A stretch of DNA of 64,000 bases, taken from positions 98,185 through 162,184 of the forward strand of contig CAZQIF010000001.1 of the NCBI GenBank assembly GCA_964593375.1. Direction: 5' to 3'. Made by a program: the position numbers and the translations under genes. The notes beneath the pieces were generated by a model, which saw only the letters and a program-made list of their open reading frames with translations, was not told where the DNA came from and made no database searches. The DNA is from an uncultured Candidatus Saccharibacteria bacterium (lineage in GTDB: Bacteria > Patescibacteriota > Minisyncoccia > Phycocordibacterales > UBA918). Each line of letters opens with the position of its first letter. The first letter of the stretch is position 1. This document shows positions 29,572-39,423 of this stretch, piece by piece.

Positions 29572-31047
29572 ATGTTTTCATTCTTTAGTAAAAAGCCTGA
29601 ACCAAAAGAATACTCCCCCATCCACCTCTTTAATACCCTTTCGAGTCAGAAAGAGCTTTTTAAGCCTCTTAAAGAAAATGAGGTTACGATGTATACCTGT
29701 GGTCCGACAGTCTACGATTATGTGCACATTGGCAATCTGGCATCATATATTTTTGCAGACACACTGAAGCGCACATTCATGTATGCAGGCTACACAGTGA
29801 AGCACACCATGAACCTTACCGACTTCGGCCATCTCACTGATGACGGCGATGCCGGCGAAGACAAAATGATGAAAGGGCTCCGCAAGGCAGGAAAGCCAAT
29901 TACCCTTTCCGCGATGCACGACCTCTCAGATGGATTTATTGACGCCTTCATGAATGACCTTGAGGAACTTAACATGGTGCACGCAAGCAAGTACACGCGC
30001 GCGAGCGACTATGTGAAAGAACAAATTGCACTCATTAAGACCCTTGATGATAAAGGATATACGTATGAAACTTCGGATGGTGTCTATTTTGATATCTCAA
30101 AGTTCCCCACCTATGGAAAGCTCGGTAACATTGACCTCGAAAAACTGAAAAGTGGCGCACGCGTAGAAGCCAACCCAGAAAAAAAGCATCCCGCTGATTT
30201 TGCACTTTGGAAAAAAGGCCTCCTTGGCTGGGACAGCGAATGGGGCAAGGGTTTCCCCGGATGGCACATCGAGTGTACCGCGATGGCATTTGCCTCCCTC
30301 GGAAAGCAAATTGACGTACACACTGGTGGCGAAGACCTCAAATACACACACCACAATGGTGAAATCGCTCAGGCTGAAGCAGCAACCGGTAAATCGCCAT
30401 ATGTGTCCTATTGGTTCCATAATGCCTTTATCACGATTGATAGCACTAAGATTTCAAAGTCTCTTGGCAACACCATTTCTCTTCACAATATTATTGACCG
30501 AGGTATTTCAGCCGATTCATACCGCTACTGGGTACTTACCTCTCACTATCGTTCTCAAGCAAACTTTACATTCGAGGCACTCCAGGGTGCAAAGCAGGCA
30601 CTCTTCCGCCTTAAGCGATATATTGTCGAAGAATACAAAAATGCTAAGGGTACGGTTGACCCTGCCTTCAAAGCAGCATTCATTACCGCCCTTGGGGACG
30701 ACCTCGATACACCAAAAGCAATCAGTATTCTCTGGGAACTGATTAAAGATAAGCGCGTCTCCCCAGCTGACAAAGTCGCCACACTCAAAGACTTTGATAA
30801 AGTGCTCGGTATTGGGCTTTCAGATGAACAAGACGAGGTGATTCGAGAACTCGGTATTGTTGAGCCAGATGAGGTACCCGATGAAATACAGCAACTCCTT
30901 GATGAACGTGAAGTCGCGCGTATTGCACGCAACTGGGATGAAGCTGATCGTCTTCGAGAAGCAATTAATTTCAAAGGGTATAACCTTGAAGACACTCCGA
31001 ATGGTCCACGCGTCTCAAAGAACTCTCCGCTTTCTGATACAAATTAG
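29572..31047 (+). CDS. cysS: Cysteine--tRNA ligase
   Basis: CGPTVYD..HIGN, PGWHIEC and KISKSLGN motifs. Confidence 0.97.
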   Translation: MFSFFSKKPEPKEYSPIHLFNTLSSQKELFKPLKENEVTMYTCGPTVYDYVHIGNLASYIFADTLKRTFMYAGYTVKHTMNLTDFGHLTDDGDAGEDKMMKGLRKAGKPITLSAMHDLSDGFIDAFMNDLEELNMVHASKYTRASDYVKEQIALIKTLDDKGYTYETSDGVYFDISKFPTYGKLGNIDLEKLKSGARVEANPEKKHPADFALWKKGLLGWDSEWGKGFPGWHIECTAMAFASLGKQIDVHTGGEDLKYTHHNGEIAQAEAATGKSPYVSYWFHNAFITIDSTKISKSLGNTISLHNIIDRGISADSYRYWVLTSHYRSQANFTFEALQGAKQALFRLKRYIVEEYKNAKGTVDPAFKAAFITALGDDLDTPKAISILWELIKDKRVSPADKVATLKDFDKVLGIGLSDEQDEVIRELGIVEPDEVPDEIQQLLDEREVARIARNWDEADRLREAINFKGYNLEDTPNGPRVSKNSPLSDTN

Positions 31048-31073
31048 AAAAAGCGCCCCATCGGGCGCTTTTT
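31048..31073. terminator. Bidirectional intrinsic terminator
   Basis: aaaaagcgccc-catc-gggcgcttttt. Confidence 0.85.
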
Positions 31074-31089
31074 GTTGATATTTGAATAT

Positions 31090-31299
31090 TCAGAAGATCT
31101 TCGTCGCCAGCTTGACCACAAGTGGCGCACTGATGAGAACAGTGATGAAAAGCGGCCACGGACTGCGAAGTACGTGGCGACCAGACATATCCCAAACCAA
31201 GTTACCGAGCATGGCAAGAATGAGAACAATTTCCCACATTGCGAGGTTCATGGCTAACTCCTGTGAAAGAACCCATACAGAATACTCAGATTTTTTCAA
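31090..31299 (-). CDS. Small hypothetical membrane protein
   Basis: 69 aa with two hydrophobic segments; fills the gap between cysS and dnaB. Confidence 0.45.
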   Translation of the reverse strand: MKKSEYSVWVLSQELAMNLAMWEIVLILAMLGNLVWDMSGRHVLRSPWPLFITVLISAPLVVKLATKIF

Positions 31300-31409
31300 T
31301 ATGCAATCTCACTTTCTTGACAGAACCCTAATCCCCAATTGTGCACGATTATCCTCAGTTTTGAGGTTTGAGTTGAGGGTAATTTTTCGTGATACAATTG
31401 CTTCACTAT

Positions 31410-32825
31410 ATGCCCGAGACAGAAATCCCAACACAGCAGAGCGGAACACGGAGTCGATTACTCCGAACTCCCCCACAGAATGTTGACGCTGAGCGTGCAC
31501 TCCTCGGTGCGATTATTTTGAAACCGGAAACGATGCACGATGTCTCGGTGACAGTGTATCCTGAATCTTTTTTTGCCGATAAGCATCGAGAAATTTTCCG
31601 CGCCATTCTCGACACCTTCATGAAGGGTGACCCAATTGATATTCTTTCCATCACGACAAAACTAAAAGACCGAAGTCTCCTCGAACGAACTGGTGGTGCA
31701 AGCTACATCACTGAGCTCGTCGAAACTGTTCCTGCTGCAAGTAACGCACTCTACTATGCCGAGCTTGTACAGAACAAAGCAATTCTCCGTGGACTCATAA
31801 ATGCGGCCGATGATATTGCTGAGATTGGATATTCTGACCCTGAAAATGTCGATGAAGCAATGGATAATGCTGAAAAAAAGATTTACCAAGTTACGAATGC
31901 ACCAACGACACAGAAATTTACTTCAATTGGCAGTTCACTCGTCGAGGCGTGGGATAGATTTGAAAAACTCAATTCTTCGGGCGATGCAAAGCGTGGTGTG
32001 CCAACAGGATTCACTGCACTTGATAACCTCACTGCAGGACTTCAAAAATCTGACCTCATCATTATCGCAGCGCGTCCGAGTATGGGAAAGACAACGCTCG
32101 CACTCGACATTGCACGAAATGCCGCGCTTCTCCACAAAGCATCTGTTGGTATCTTCTCACTTGAAATGAGCGACCAACAACTCGTCGACCGCATGCTCGC
32201 AGCAGAAGCAGGTGTTGATTCGTGGAAACTCCGCACCGGTAAACTCACCACAGACCATGAGTTTGAAGCGGTACAGGCCGCAATGGCTCGCCTTTCTGAA
32301 GCACCGATTCATATCGACGACCAGCCCGGAAACAATATTCTCAAAATGCGTTCTTCTGCACGTCGTCTCAAGAATGAACATGGCCTTGATCTCCTTATTG
32401 TTGATTACCTCCAGCTCATGAGTCCGACATCAACGAAAGCAAGTGATTCAATGGTGCAACAAATTACAGAGATTTCTCGTTCACTTAAAATCCTTGCCCG
32501 TGAGCTCGATGTGCCAGTGATTGCACTTTCTCAGCTCAGTCGTGCCGTTGAACAGCGCGGGGGCAAGCCTCGCCTCTCTGACCTTCGTGATTCTGGCTCG
32601 ATAGAGCAAGATGCCGACCTTGTGATGTTCATTCACCGCGAAGACAAAGTTAATAAAGCGTCTGACCGCCCAAATATTGCTGAAATTCTTATTGAAAAGC
32701 ACAGAAATGGTCCCGTTGGTTTTGCGGAACTCTATTTCGACGAAAAGCACGTGCGTTTCCTCAATCTCGATACACACCATGCAACTGGTAGTGCGGGTGA
32801 CGCTGGTGGCGCAGATGATTTTTAA
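31410..32825 (+). CDS. dnaB: Replicative DNA helicase
   Basis: AARPSMGKT, VDYLQLM, LSQLSR and DLRDSGSIEQDAD motifs; no intein. Confidence 0.98.
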   Translation: MPETEIPTQQSGTRSRLLRTPPQNVDAERALLGAIILKPETMHDVSVTVYPESFFADKHREIFRAILDTFMKGDPIDILSITTKLKDRSLLERTGGASYITELVETVPAASNALYYAELVQNKAILRGLINAADDIAEIGYSDPENVDEAMDNAEKKIYQVTNAPTTQKFTSIGSSLVEAWDRFEKLNSSGDAKRGVPTGFTALDNLTAGLQKSDLIIIAARPSMGKTTLALDIARNAALLHKASVGIFSLEMSDQQLVDRMLAAEAGVDSWKLRTGKLTTDHEFEAVQAAMARLSEAPIHIDDQPGNNILKMRSSARRLKNEHGLDLLIVDYLQLMSPTSTKASDSMVQQITEISRSLKILARELDVPVIALSQLSRAVEQRGGKPRLSDLRDSGSIEQDADLVMFIHREDKVNKASDRPNIAEILIEKHRNGPVGFAELYFDEKHVRFLNLDTHHATGSAGDAGGADDF

Positions 32826-32839
32826 TTTGATTCACTCCA

Positions 32840-33454
32840 ATGACGACACTCGAAGAACTTATCAAACTATTTGAACGCTTCCCTGGCATCGGAGGAAGAC
32901 AGGCGCGTCGTTTTGCGTATCATCTTCTTAATGAAGAGGCTGACACTGTGGCAAGACTCTCCGAACTTATTCGTAACATCCAAGGCACAGTGACTGAATG
33001 TTCTTCCTGCTTCCGCTTTTTCACAAGTGAGCGTGGAAACAGTGAATGTAGAGTGTGTAGTGACATGGCTCGTGACAATACCAAACTTGCGATTGTAGAG
33101 CGGGAGTCTGATTTAGATGCCCTTGAACGCTCTAAAACGTATGAAGGCTACTACTTTGTGCTCGGTGGCACCGTTCCCCTCCTTAATTCAGAAGATATTA
33201 AGAAACTTCGTGGTGGTGCACTCAAAAGTATTGTCCTTCAAAAAGCACAAAAGGGCCTCACAGAAATTATTCTCGCTTTTTCGGTAAATCCCGACGGTGA
33301 AAACACTGCACGATATGTAGAATCAATTCTCAAAGACATTGTTGCGGAATACAAAATTAAAGTGAGTCAGCTCGGGCGTGGGCTTTCGACTGGCTCTGAA
33401 CTTGAGTATGCAGATCCTGAGACGATTAAGAACGCTTTGCAAAATCGTTTATAG
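32840..33454 (+). CDS. recR: Recombination mediator RecR
   Basis: PGIG...A.R, C4 zinc finger, Toprim domain, G.ELEYAD. Confidence 0.95.
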   Translation: MTTLEELIKLFERFPGIGGRQARRFAYHLLNEEADTVARLSELIRNIQGTVTECSSCFRFFTSERGNSECRVCSDMARDNTKLAIVERESDLDALERSKTYEGYYFVLGGTVPLLNSEDIKKLRGGALKSIVLQKAQKGLTEIILAFSVNPDGENTARYVESILKDIVAEYKIKVSQLGRGLSTGSELEYADPETIKNALQNRL

Positions 33455-33542
33455 AAGATACTGAATATTGAATAGAAAATATTAAATAAGAAATCCCCGC
33501 GAGCCGTGGCTTGCGGGGATGAAAAAGATGTCCATATAGTTC

Positions 33543-33806
33543 TTATTTGGTCACGCGGAATTGTGCAAGTGCGAACAACAGTGTACTTATCACAACACCC
33601 AGAACGAGTGACCACCAGAATTCAATATCTAGAACAAATGCAACCCCACACACGAACCATGCGACGAGAAAGAGAGACCGAGTGACGTAGACCCCTTTGA
33701 GAAAATATGACCGTTCAAGTACAGAATCCACGCTGTTGAGCTGATAGACTGCCACAAAAACTTCAGTCATTGCAACAAAGAAAACTGCGACTCCGAAGTA
33801 CACCAT
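33543..33806 (-). CDS. Small hypothetical membrane protein
   Basis: Three hydrophobic segments; AAGG upstream of ATG; hairpin terminator 33493-33520. Confidence 0.5.
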   Translation of the reverse strand: MVYFGVAVFFVAMTEVFVAVYQLNSVDSVLERSYFLKGVYVTRSLFLVAWFVCGVAFVLDIEFWWSLVLGVVISTLLFALAQFRVTK

Positions 33807-33941
33807 GACACCTTGCAAATCGAAAGAATTCACGCGTATTCTCCCAAAAACACTTCGGACGTCCCGAATTAAAAATATTGTACAATATTCTATATTGTGT
33901 GTCAACGAAAACCCCCGCGCTTTTGCGCGGGGTTTTTGTGA

Positions 33942-34289
33942 TTATTTAAGTGATTCGATTGCTACTGTAGCATATTTCTGTCGATGACCAATCTTTCGGT
34001 CGCGGTTTGATTTTGCCTTGTAGCGAACGATGGTGATTTTCTTTCCTTTCTTTAGCCCTTTGTATGTTCCCTGCACCTTGGCTCCCTTAATGTATGGCGC
34101 GCCAATCGTGGTGTCAGAACCATTATCTACCATAAGGACCTTATCGAAGGTTACCTTGTCTCCTTCCTTGATTTCACTATCGAGGAGCTCAACTTCAACA
34201 ACATCTCCTACTGAGACCATATACTGCTTTCCGCCAGTCTCAATGACCGCGAATTCAGTGCTTAATGCTGTGGTTTCCTTCTTTTTCAT
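33942..34289 (-). CDS. rplU: 50S ribosomal protein L21
   Basis: FAVIETGGKQY.V, GHRQ. Confidence 0.97.
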   Translation of the reverse strand: MKKKETTALSTEFAVIETGGKQYMVSVGDVVEVELLDSEIKEGDKVTFDKVLMVDNGSDTTIGAPYIKGAKVQGTYKGLKKGKKITIVRYKAKSNRDRKIGHRQKYATVAIESLK

Positions 34290-34429
34290 AACGTGCCCGT
34301 GATTCTACTAGAAAACCCTAAAATATGCAACTAAAGAACGGTTGCTCTAATAAAACAATAATATGCTATTGACTAATTTATAATCTATGATATGATATTT
34401 ATGAAGTTCACAACATACAGGAGAAGTTC

Positions 34430-34687
34430 ATGGACAAAACGAATAAGTACGGATGGATTCTTATGATTGTTGTCGGCCTATTGCTTATAGTTATCGCCGA
34501 ACGAGGCGATACGGTAAGCTCTGAGATTATCACGCTCGCGCAGACCGCGTGCACGACAAACGGAGGTCTGGACACAATCGAAACGAACCATGTGCCAGTC
34601 CTTGGCATAGACCTCCGGAGCGAGTATAGGGTTAGCTGTAAAAACGGCATGGCAGTCACCATGTCAAACCTGAAACTCGGAAAGTAG
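34430..34687 (+). CDS. Small exported hypothetical protein
   Basis: TTGACT/TATGAT promoter, AGGAG RBS, signal/TM, two Cys, downstream terminator. Confidence 0.65.
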   Translation: MDKTNKYGWILMIVVGLLLIVIAERGDTVSSEIITLAQTACTTNGGLDTIETNHVPVLGIDLRSEYRVSCKNGMAVTMSNLKLGK

Positions 34688-34740
34688 CATCCCAAGACCC
34701 GCCCACGAGAAAGACTCGTCCGCGGGTCTTTTTCTTATTT

Positions 34741-34773
34741 TAATTATTTAGGGGTCCGACCCCTAAATAATTA
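34741..34773. repeat. GGGGTC(C/T)GACCCC palindrome, copy 1
   Basis: Perfect 16-bp arms taattatttaggggtc-c-gacccctaaataatta, including the neighbouring stop codon. Confidence 0.8.
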
Positions 34774-36003
34774 CTGAGGATCCTGGGGCTTCTCGAGCGG
34801 TGATGATTTTCGCTTACCGCACGCCTGACACACGGGAAGATCTACAAATCGTGCGTTATGGCAGTGTTCGCAACTTGCATAGACTTGATACCCACAACGT
34901 GGACAAAATACCATTGTGTTATCGAGCGTAAATGAGCACTTTGGACACTTGTGGTCTTTGAGGCGTCTGATTGCGACAACAGCGCTGTTGTACACGCGCT
35001 TTTGAATGACATACACAATCCCTCCAAAAAGCAGAATAACGAGCACCACTGACCCGTAATAGAGCACGTAGCGCAATATGGCGACCTGCATGAAGATATC
35101 AATAATCAGTTGAATGAGTGCGTGTGGAATAATTTCGTAGAGGAACATACCCACAACTTGGAGGAATAGGAGTGAGGAAGCGACAAAAATTGCACCTGCA
35201 ATAATCGTATACGGGCTATTTCCTTTCTTGAAACGGAAGTAGTAGCGCATGCTGAGGACAAAGAACGGAATGATGAAAAGCAGAGTGAGTCCAAACACCT
35301 TGAGGCGATACCAATTCACTGCTTTGTTGTAGAGTGAGAGGGCTTTGTCATACTGTGCCTCGTAAGTTGGAACCTTCGTTTGTATCTGCGCAAGAAGTGC
35401 ATCTCTTTCTCGCGTGAGTGCAATTACCTGTGCTTGGCGTAATGCTATTTCATCGTCAACGGTTACAACGGCATTTTGTTCTGTCCCCACATCGAATGCA
35501 CCCTCGATTTGTGCCTGTCGTTCTTGCAGACTAATGTCGTAGTTTGAGACTGCCTGACTCCGCTTATATTTAAGCTGTTCTATAGTGTTGCTCAAGGTTG
35601 AGACTTCAGTACTTTTTGCAAAATACTGTTTCAGCAAGGGTTCCACCGAAGTGATACTGCTACTTACACCAGATTCATTTTCATAGGTACTGAATGTACA
35701 GTTCCCTTTTTGAAGTGATGAATTCGAGTAATATCCATAGTCGTAACCGTAGCCAGAGTACTCATTCGTGTTCGTTTGTACATTAAGTACGGAAGCGAAC
35801 TCACGAGCGCAAGAAGAAATGGTTACCGGTCTTTCTGGAATACTGCGTAAATCTCCAAAGACTGTTTGTGAAATTCCAACAATAAAAAGTGCCATCAAAA
35901 TGAGCAGAAAATATCCAATTTTTGTTGTCTTTTTTTCGCTTATCTCCTCATACGCATCTCCATCTACCGGGCTCTGTTTCTTACCAAAAAACCACATATA
36001 CAA
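34771..36003 (-). CDS. Membrane protein with extracellular coiled coil and C-terminal double zinc ribbon
   Basis: About 4-5 TMs and four C-terminal CxxC motifs. Confidence 0.8.
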   Translation of the reverse strand: MYMWFFGKKQSPVDGDAYEEISEKKTTKIGYFLLILMALFIVGISQTVFGDLRSIPERPVTISSCAREFASVLNVQTNTNEYSGYGYDYGYYSNSSLQKGNCTFSTYENESGVSSSITSVEPLLKQYFAKSTEVSTLSNTIEQLKYKRSQAVSNYDISLQERQAQIEGAFDVGTEQNAVVTVDDEIALRQAQVIALTRERDALLAQIQTKVPTYEAQYDKALSLYNKAVNWYRLKVFGLTLLFIIPFFVLSMRYYFRFKKGNSPYTIIAGAIFVASSLLFLQVVGMFLYEIIPHALIQLIIDIFMQVAILRYVLYYGSVVLVILLFGGIVYVIQKRVYNSAVVAIRRLKDHKCPKCSFTLDNTMVFCPRCGYQVYASCEHCHNARFVDLPVCQACGKRKSSPLEKPQDPQ

Positions 36004-36099
36004 TGTTTAATACAATAAATACTTCACCATTAATACTACCACCCGCTCCTCTGCGATTATTGTTCACATCTATATAAAGTGGACAGATATAAATCCACC

Positions 36100-36124
36100 T
36101 ATTTAGGGGTCTGACCCCTAAATA
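36100..36124. repeat. GGGGTC(C/T)GACCCC palindrome, copy 2
   Basis: tatttaggggtc-t-gacccctaaata directly after the rmuC stop. Confidence 0.8.
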
Positions 36125-36126
36125 AA

Positions 36127-37293
36127 TTACTCAATCTCCTGAGGTTTTTGTGCTTCAATCTCGAACACTTTATGTGGAATCCTGGGTTCTACTTCGATTT
36201 GTGGAATATCGGGCTCAACATCAATTCGAGCTCCTTTATCATTTATCCTGTCAATTACTGGATATACACGAGCGTCCCATGACCCTGCCATTTCATTGAA
36301 TTTATTTGTTGCCTGTTTGAGGGCACCTCCAATTCCGACGACATGTCCCATAAAAATTTTTAATCTGTCACCCAACAATGCAATGTCTTTTACTACTCGT
36401 TGAATATTTTCGGTAGACCTATGTTGTTTCCAAGCATGTGCTATAAGCACGATTAAGGGCATTATTGTTGCTGGACTTGCAATCATGACATTTTGTTCCT
36501 GGGCTTCACTATAGAGATTTGCATCTTCCTGAAAGATTGTTCTCACAGCAGGTTCACTTGGAACATACATTATGACGTAGGGAATCTTTCCATCAATTTT
36601 TTGATATTTCTTTGATGACAAGTCTTTAACTCTCCCCCGAATGTCCTGAATGAACTTTGCAATATGGCTTTTCCTTTTTTCTTCATCCTTTTCTTCAACA
36701 TATTTAAAATATTCCTGTAAACTTGCCTTGGAGTCAATTGCAAGTTGCGAATCATTTGGCAGATTGATTATCACGTCAGGACGCTGAGATTGGTCTTCGT
36801 CATTCTGAATCGTTTCTTGTGTTAAAAAATTAACCCCCTCAGACAAGCCAGACTGTATGAGAAGATCTTTAAGTGCCGCCTCCCCCCAACGCCCCCTGAT
36901 TCCGCTTGCAGATGAAAGCACAGTTTTAAGGTTTGTTGCTGTTTCTTCCACTTTTGTGCTTGCAGTCAAAACTGATTTGATATTTTCACTTAGAGCACCA
37001 AACTGCTCTTTTCTTTCTTTCTCATATATGTTCACCGCATCCTTCAGCCCTTGTACAGTTTGATGTATTTCCCTATTTTTATCTTCAAAGTCATTTCGAA
37101 AGTCATTTTTTTGTTCTCTCAGAACATCAGTTGCGATTGATTTAAATAACGGCCCAAGTTGGTCATTATTTCCCTTACTTTCATCAAGAATTCTTTTTTC
37201 CGCTGCTAATTCTTTATTTTTAATATATGAGGCTACAAAAAAGCCAATAATACCTCCTAAAAACATTCCTATGAGTATTTGAATTGAATCCAT
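36127..37293 (-). CDS. rmuC: DNA recombination protein RmuC
   Basis: RG.WGE, RPD.II.LP, IDSK, YVIMYVPSE and SP.T motifs. Confidence 0.92.
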   Translation of the reverse strand: MDSIQILIGMFLGGIIGFFVASYIKNKELAAEKRILDESKGNNDQLGPLFKSIATDVLREQKNDFRNDFEDKNREIHQTVQGLKDAVNIYEKERKEQFGALSENIKSVLTASTKVEETATNLKTVLSSASGIRGRWGEAALKDLLIQSGLSEGVNFLTQETIQNDEDQSQRPDVIINLPNDSQLAIDSKASLQEYFKYVEEKDEEKRKSHIAKFIQDIRGRVKDLSSKKYQKIDGKIPYVIMYVPSEPAVRTIFQEDANLYSEAQEQNVMIASPATIMPLIVLIAHAWKQHRSTENIQRVVKDIALLGDRLKIFMGHVVGIGGALKQATNKFNEMAGSWDARVYPVIDRINDKGARIDVEPDIPQIEVEPRIPHKVFEIEAQKPQEIE

Positions 37294-37349
37294 TACGTAA
37301 TTCTATCATGATAACTATGGTAATATATAGTTCACATAATAAAGAAACT

Positions 37350-37805
37350 ATGGAACTACACAATCAAATCAAAGACGAACTCAAAATTGCCATGAAGGCA
37401 CATGATGCAGTACGGCTTCGCACGGTGCGTAGTATGCTGACAGCCTTTATGAACGAACTCGTGGCGACAAACCGTAAGCCACAGGAAACTCTTGTTGACG
37501 TTGAAGTTTTAACAGTGATTAAACGCCTCGCAAAACAGCGAAAAGAATCAATTGTACAATTTGATGCTGCAGGCCGAACTGATCTTTCAGGCCCCGAAAA
37601 GGAAGAACTCGTGGTTCTCGAATCCTACCTCCCTACCCTCATGTCACGTGACGCAATCCGCCCGATTGTAGAAGCGAAGATTACTGAACTTGGATTTACT
37701 GATAAATCTAAAATGGGCATGCTCATTGGTTCCTTAATGAAGGAACTTGCAGGTAAGGCAGATGGAGCAGACGTCAAAGCTGTAGTTGAGGAATTGCTCA
37801 AATAA
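37350..37805 (+). CDS. GatB/YqeY domain protein
   Basis: K.AMKA.D, KQRKESI..F..AGR, YLP, MG..IG. Confidence 0.93.
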   Translation: MELHNQIKDELKIAMKAHDAVRLRTVRSMLTAFMNELVATNRKPQETLVDVEVLTVIKRLAKQRKESIVQFDAAGRTDLSGPEKEELVVLESYLPTLMSRDAIRPIVEAKITELGFTDKSKMGMLIGSLMKELAGKADGADVKAVVEELLK

Positions 37806-37812
37806 TTTGAAA

Positions 37813-37876
37813 CTGGATTCCGGCTCGTCGGCCGGAACGACAACCACCGCGGAAAGTGAAACTTTCCGCGGTGGTT
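37813..37876. repeat. CTGGATT...GAC plus AACCACC hairpin repeat module
   Basis: ctggattccggctcgtcggccggaacgac-aaccaccgcggaaagtgaaactttccgcggtggtt; same family as 662-725 and 1224-1288. Confidence 0.8.
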
Positions 37877-37935
37877 TGCGTTTTACACAATGTATGGTAT
37901 AATAATACTCAGATAAACCAACAAAGGAGTACATC

Positions 37936-38151
37936 GTGGGCGTACGAAAACGAATTACGCTTACCCGAGAAATGCTCGGGCGACTGCGCGTAGCAGTTCG
38001 CTTGGCAAACAGGGACCAACATCAAGCAACCACTGCTGTTATGACTTCTCTCCAGGGAGTACCGTTCGGCGAGAGTTACATTCGAATTCGAGACGAAATG
38101 ATCGTTCGTTTGAAGAAAACCATCGCAAATCAAAACCACAGGAGGACGTGA
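37936..38151 (+). CDS. Small basic hypothetical protein
   Basis: TGGTATAAT promoter, AAGGAG RBS, GTG start. Confidence 0.6.
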   Translation: MGVRKRITLTREMLGRLRVAVRLANRDQHQATTAVMTSLQGVPFGESYIRIRDEMIVRLKKTIANQNHRRT

Positions 38152-38408
38152 TGGCAACAAAAAAGCCGAAGCCTGTTCCCCCACCCCATGTCGCTCGTGC
38201 AAAACTTAAGGGAGATACAGAGGCCCTACGTGCGATGGGACGAATTGGCGGCAAAAAGGCAGCGCTATCGAAGGCTCGTCAAAAGTTCCTTGCGGAACTT
38301 CACAAGGAACTTGACGAACTCCAGAAGCAACTCGAGGAGGAGTTTCGTCAACAAGAAATGTACGACAAGGCCGTTCAGGCCAACGAACACACCCATCCTG
38401 TCGACTGA
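38148..38408 (+). CDS. Small hypothetical protein with KGG-like motif
   Basis: AGGAGG RBS, GTGA overlap, MGRIGGKK; terminator at ~38423-38458. Confidence 0.7.
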   Translation: MMATKKPKPVPPPHVARAKLKGDTEALRAMGRIGGKKAALSKARQKFLAELHKELDELQKQLEEEFRQQEMYDKAVQANEHTHPVD

Positions 38409-38531
38409 GACTGAGTGGTACGGACCCGAGGCGCATCGCGCTTCGGGTCTTTCTTTTTCCTTGACATTAAAATGAATTTGTTTGATTATAGTCGTTGGCA
38501 ATTTGTGACGTAGTTCATTAGGAGAAGTACG

Positions 38532-38858
38532 ATGGCAAGGACGAAACCGTATGATGGGCATTTCAGAATTAAGCACAATGAGATGCCTGGAATAGACACA
38601 ATCGGAGCACGAATCGATGATTGCCTCACTCCGAAAGGAACCTTCGACAAGCTTTACTCCGCAATTGATGCTGTACTAGATCCTGAGGATTTTTTCGAGA
38701 TTGCATACACGAGAAGCAGAGCTCTTGTTCTTTGGTGCCGAATCAAAAATCAATCGCCCGAGAACCTAAAAAAGAAGACGGCAACTATTCGGCGGGCGAT
38801 GGCGAGGGTTGGTTTCAAGATGAGCCCCTTCGTTTCAATCTTGGGCTCGAAGCACTAA
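38532..38858 (+). CDS. Hypothetical protein
   Basis: TTGACA promoter at 38461, AGGAG RBS, own terminator. Confidence 0.7.
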   Translation: MARTKPYDGHFRIKHNEMPGIDTIGARIDDCLTPKGTFDKLYSAIDAVLDPEDFFEIAYTRSRALVLWCRIKNQSPENLKKKTATIRRAMARVGFKMSPFVSILGSKH

Positions 38859-38878
38859 ACAGGGAGAACAATTTTCAA

Positions 38879-38911
38879 ACGGGCGGTTCCAAGCAACTTG
38901 GAACCGCCCGT
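38879..38911 (+). terminator. Hairpin terminator, copy A
   Basis: acgggcggttccaag-caa-cttggaaccgcccgt. Confidence 0.75.
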
Positions 38912-38986
38912 AATTTGTCAGATTGACAAATTGCACCATTTGCTCAATAATCCATGCCAGTACTCTCACCAACAAAGGAGCTTCTC

Positions 38987-39355
38987 ATGAAGAAAAACCC
39001 ACTGAGTAAAGGTGTGTTCTTGATAAAGGGCAGTGACGTAGGTAGCTTTCAACAACCAAAGCGTCGCTACGGCAACAAGTCATCGTTAATCACTGACATC
39101 AACACGGAAAATGAAAGTGCGCTTACTTCACTGGGAATCGGTGAACCCGTTTCAGTAATCATCGCGAACAATTTGGAAGCAAAGTTGCACTTAGATTTTG
39201 AACTATGGGGACTGGCACTTCATGTTCATGTCGAGTCAATTCAAGACTTACAAAAGTTCATCAATGTTCACTCACAGCTGGAGAGCGCCTTCTTGAAAAG
39301 TGGCTTCCGGATGGACACTCCCTTTTGCCTCTTCAGTCGGCCAGCAAAGAAGTAG
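38987..39355 (+). CDS. Hypothetical protein (possible remote paralog of 38532-38858)
   Basis: TTGACA promoter at 38923, AAGGAG RBS, related terminator. Confidence 0.7.
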   Translation: MKKNPLSKGVFLIKGSDVGSFQQPKRRYGNKSSLITDINTENESALTSLGIGEPVSVIIANNLEAKLHLDFELWGLALHVHVESIQDLQKFINVHSQLESAFLKSGFRMDTPFCLFSRPAKK

Positions 39356-39368
39356 TTCTACAGACGCA

Positions 39369-39401
39369 ACGGGCGGTTCGGAGTTTCTCTGAACCGCCCG
39401 T
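39369..39401 (+). terminator. Hairpin terminator, copy B
   Basis: acgggcggttc...gaaccgcccgt; outer 11 bp identical to copy A. Confidence 0.75.
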
Positions 39402-39405
39402 GTTT

Positions 39406-39422
39406 TATTTAGGGGTCCGACC
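39406..39422. repeat. GGGGTC(C/T)GACCCC palindrome, partial copy 3
   Basis: tatttaggggtccgacc abutting the truB stop. Confidence 0.7.
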
Positions 39423-39423
39423 A

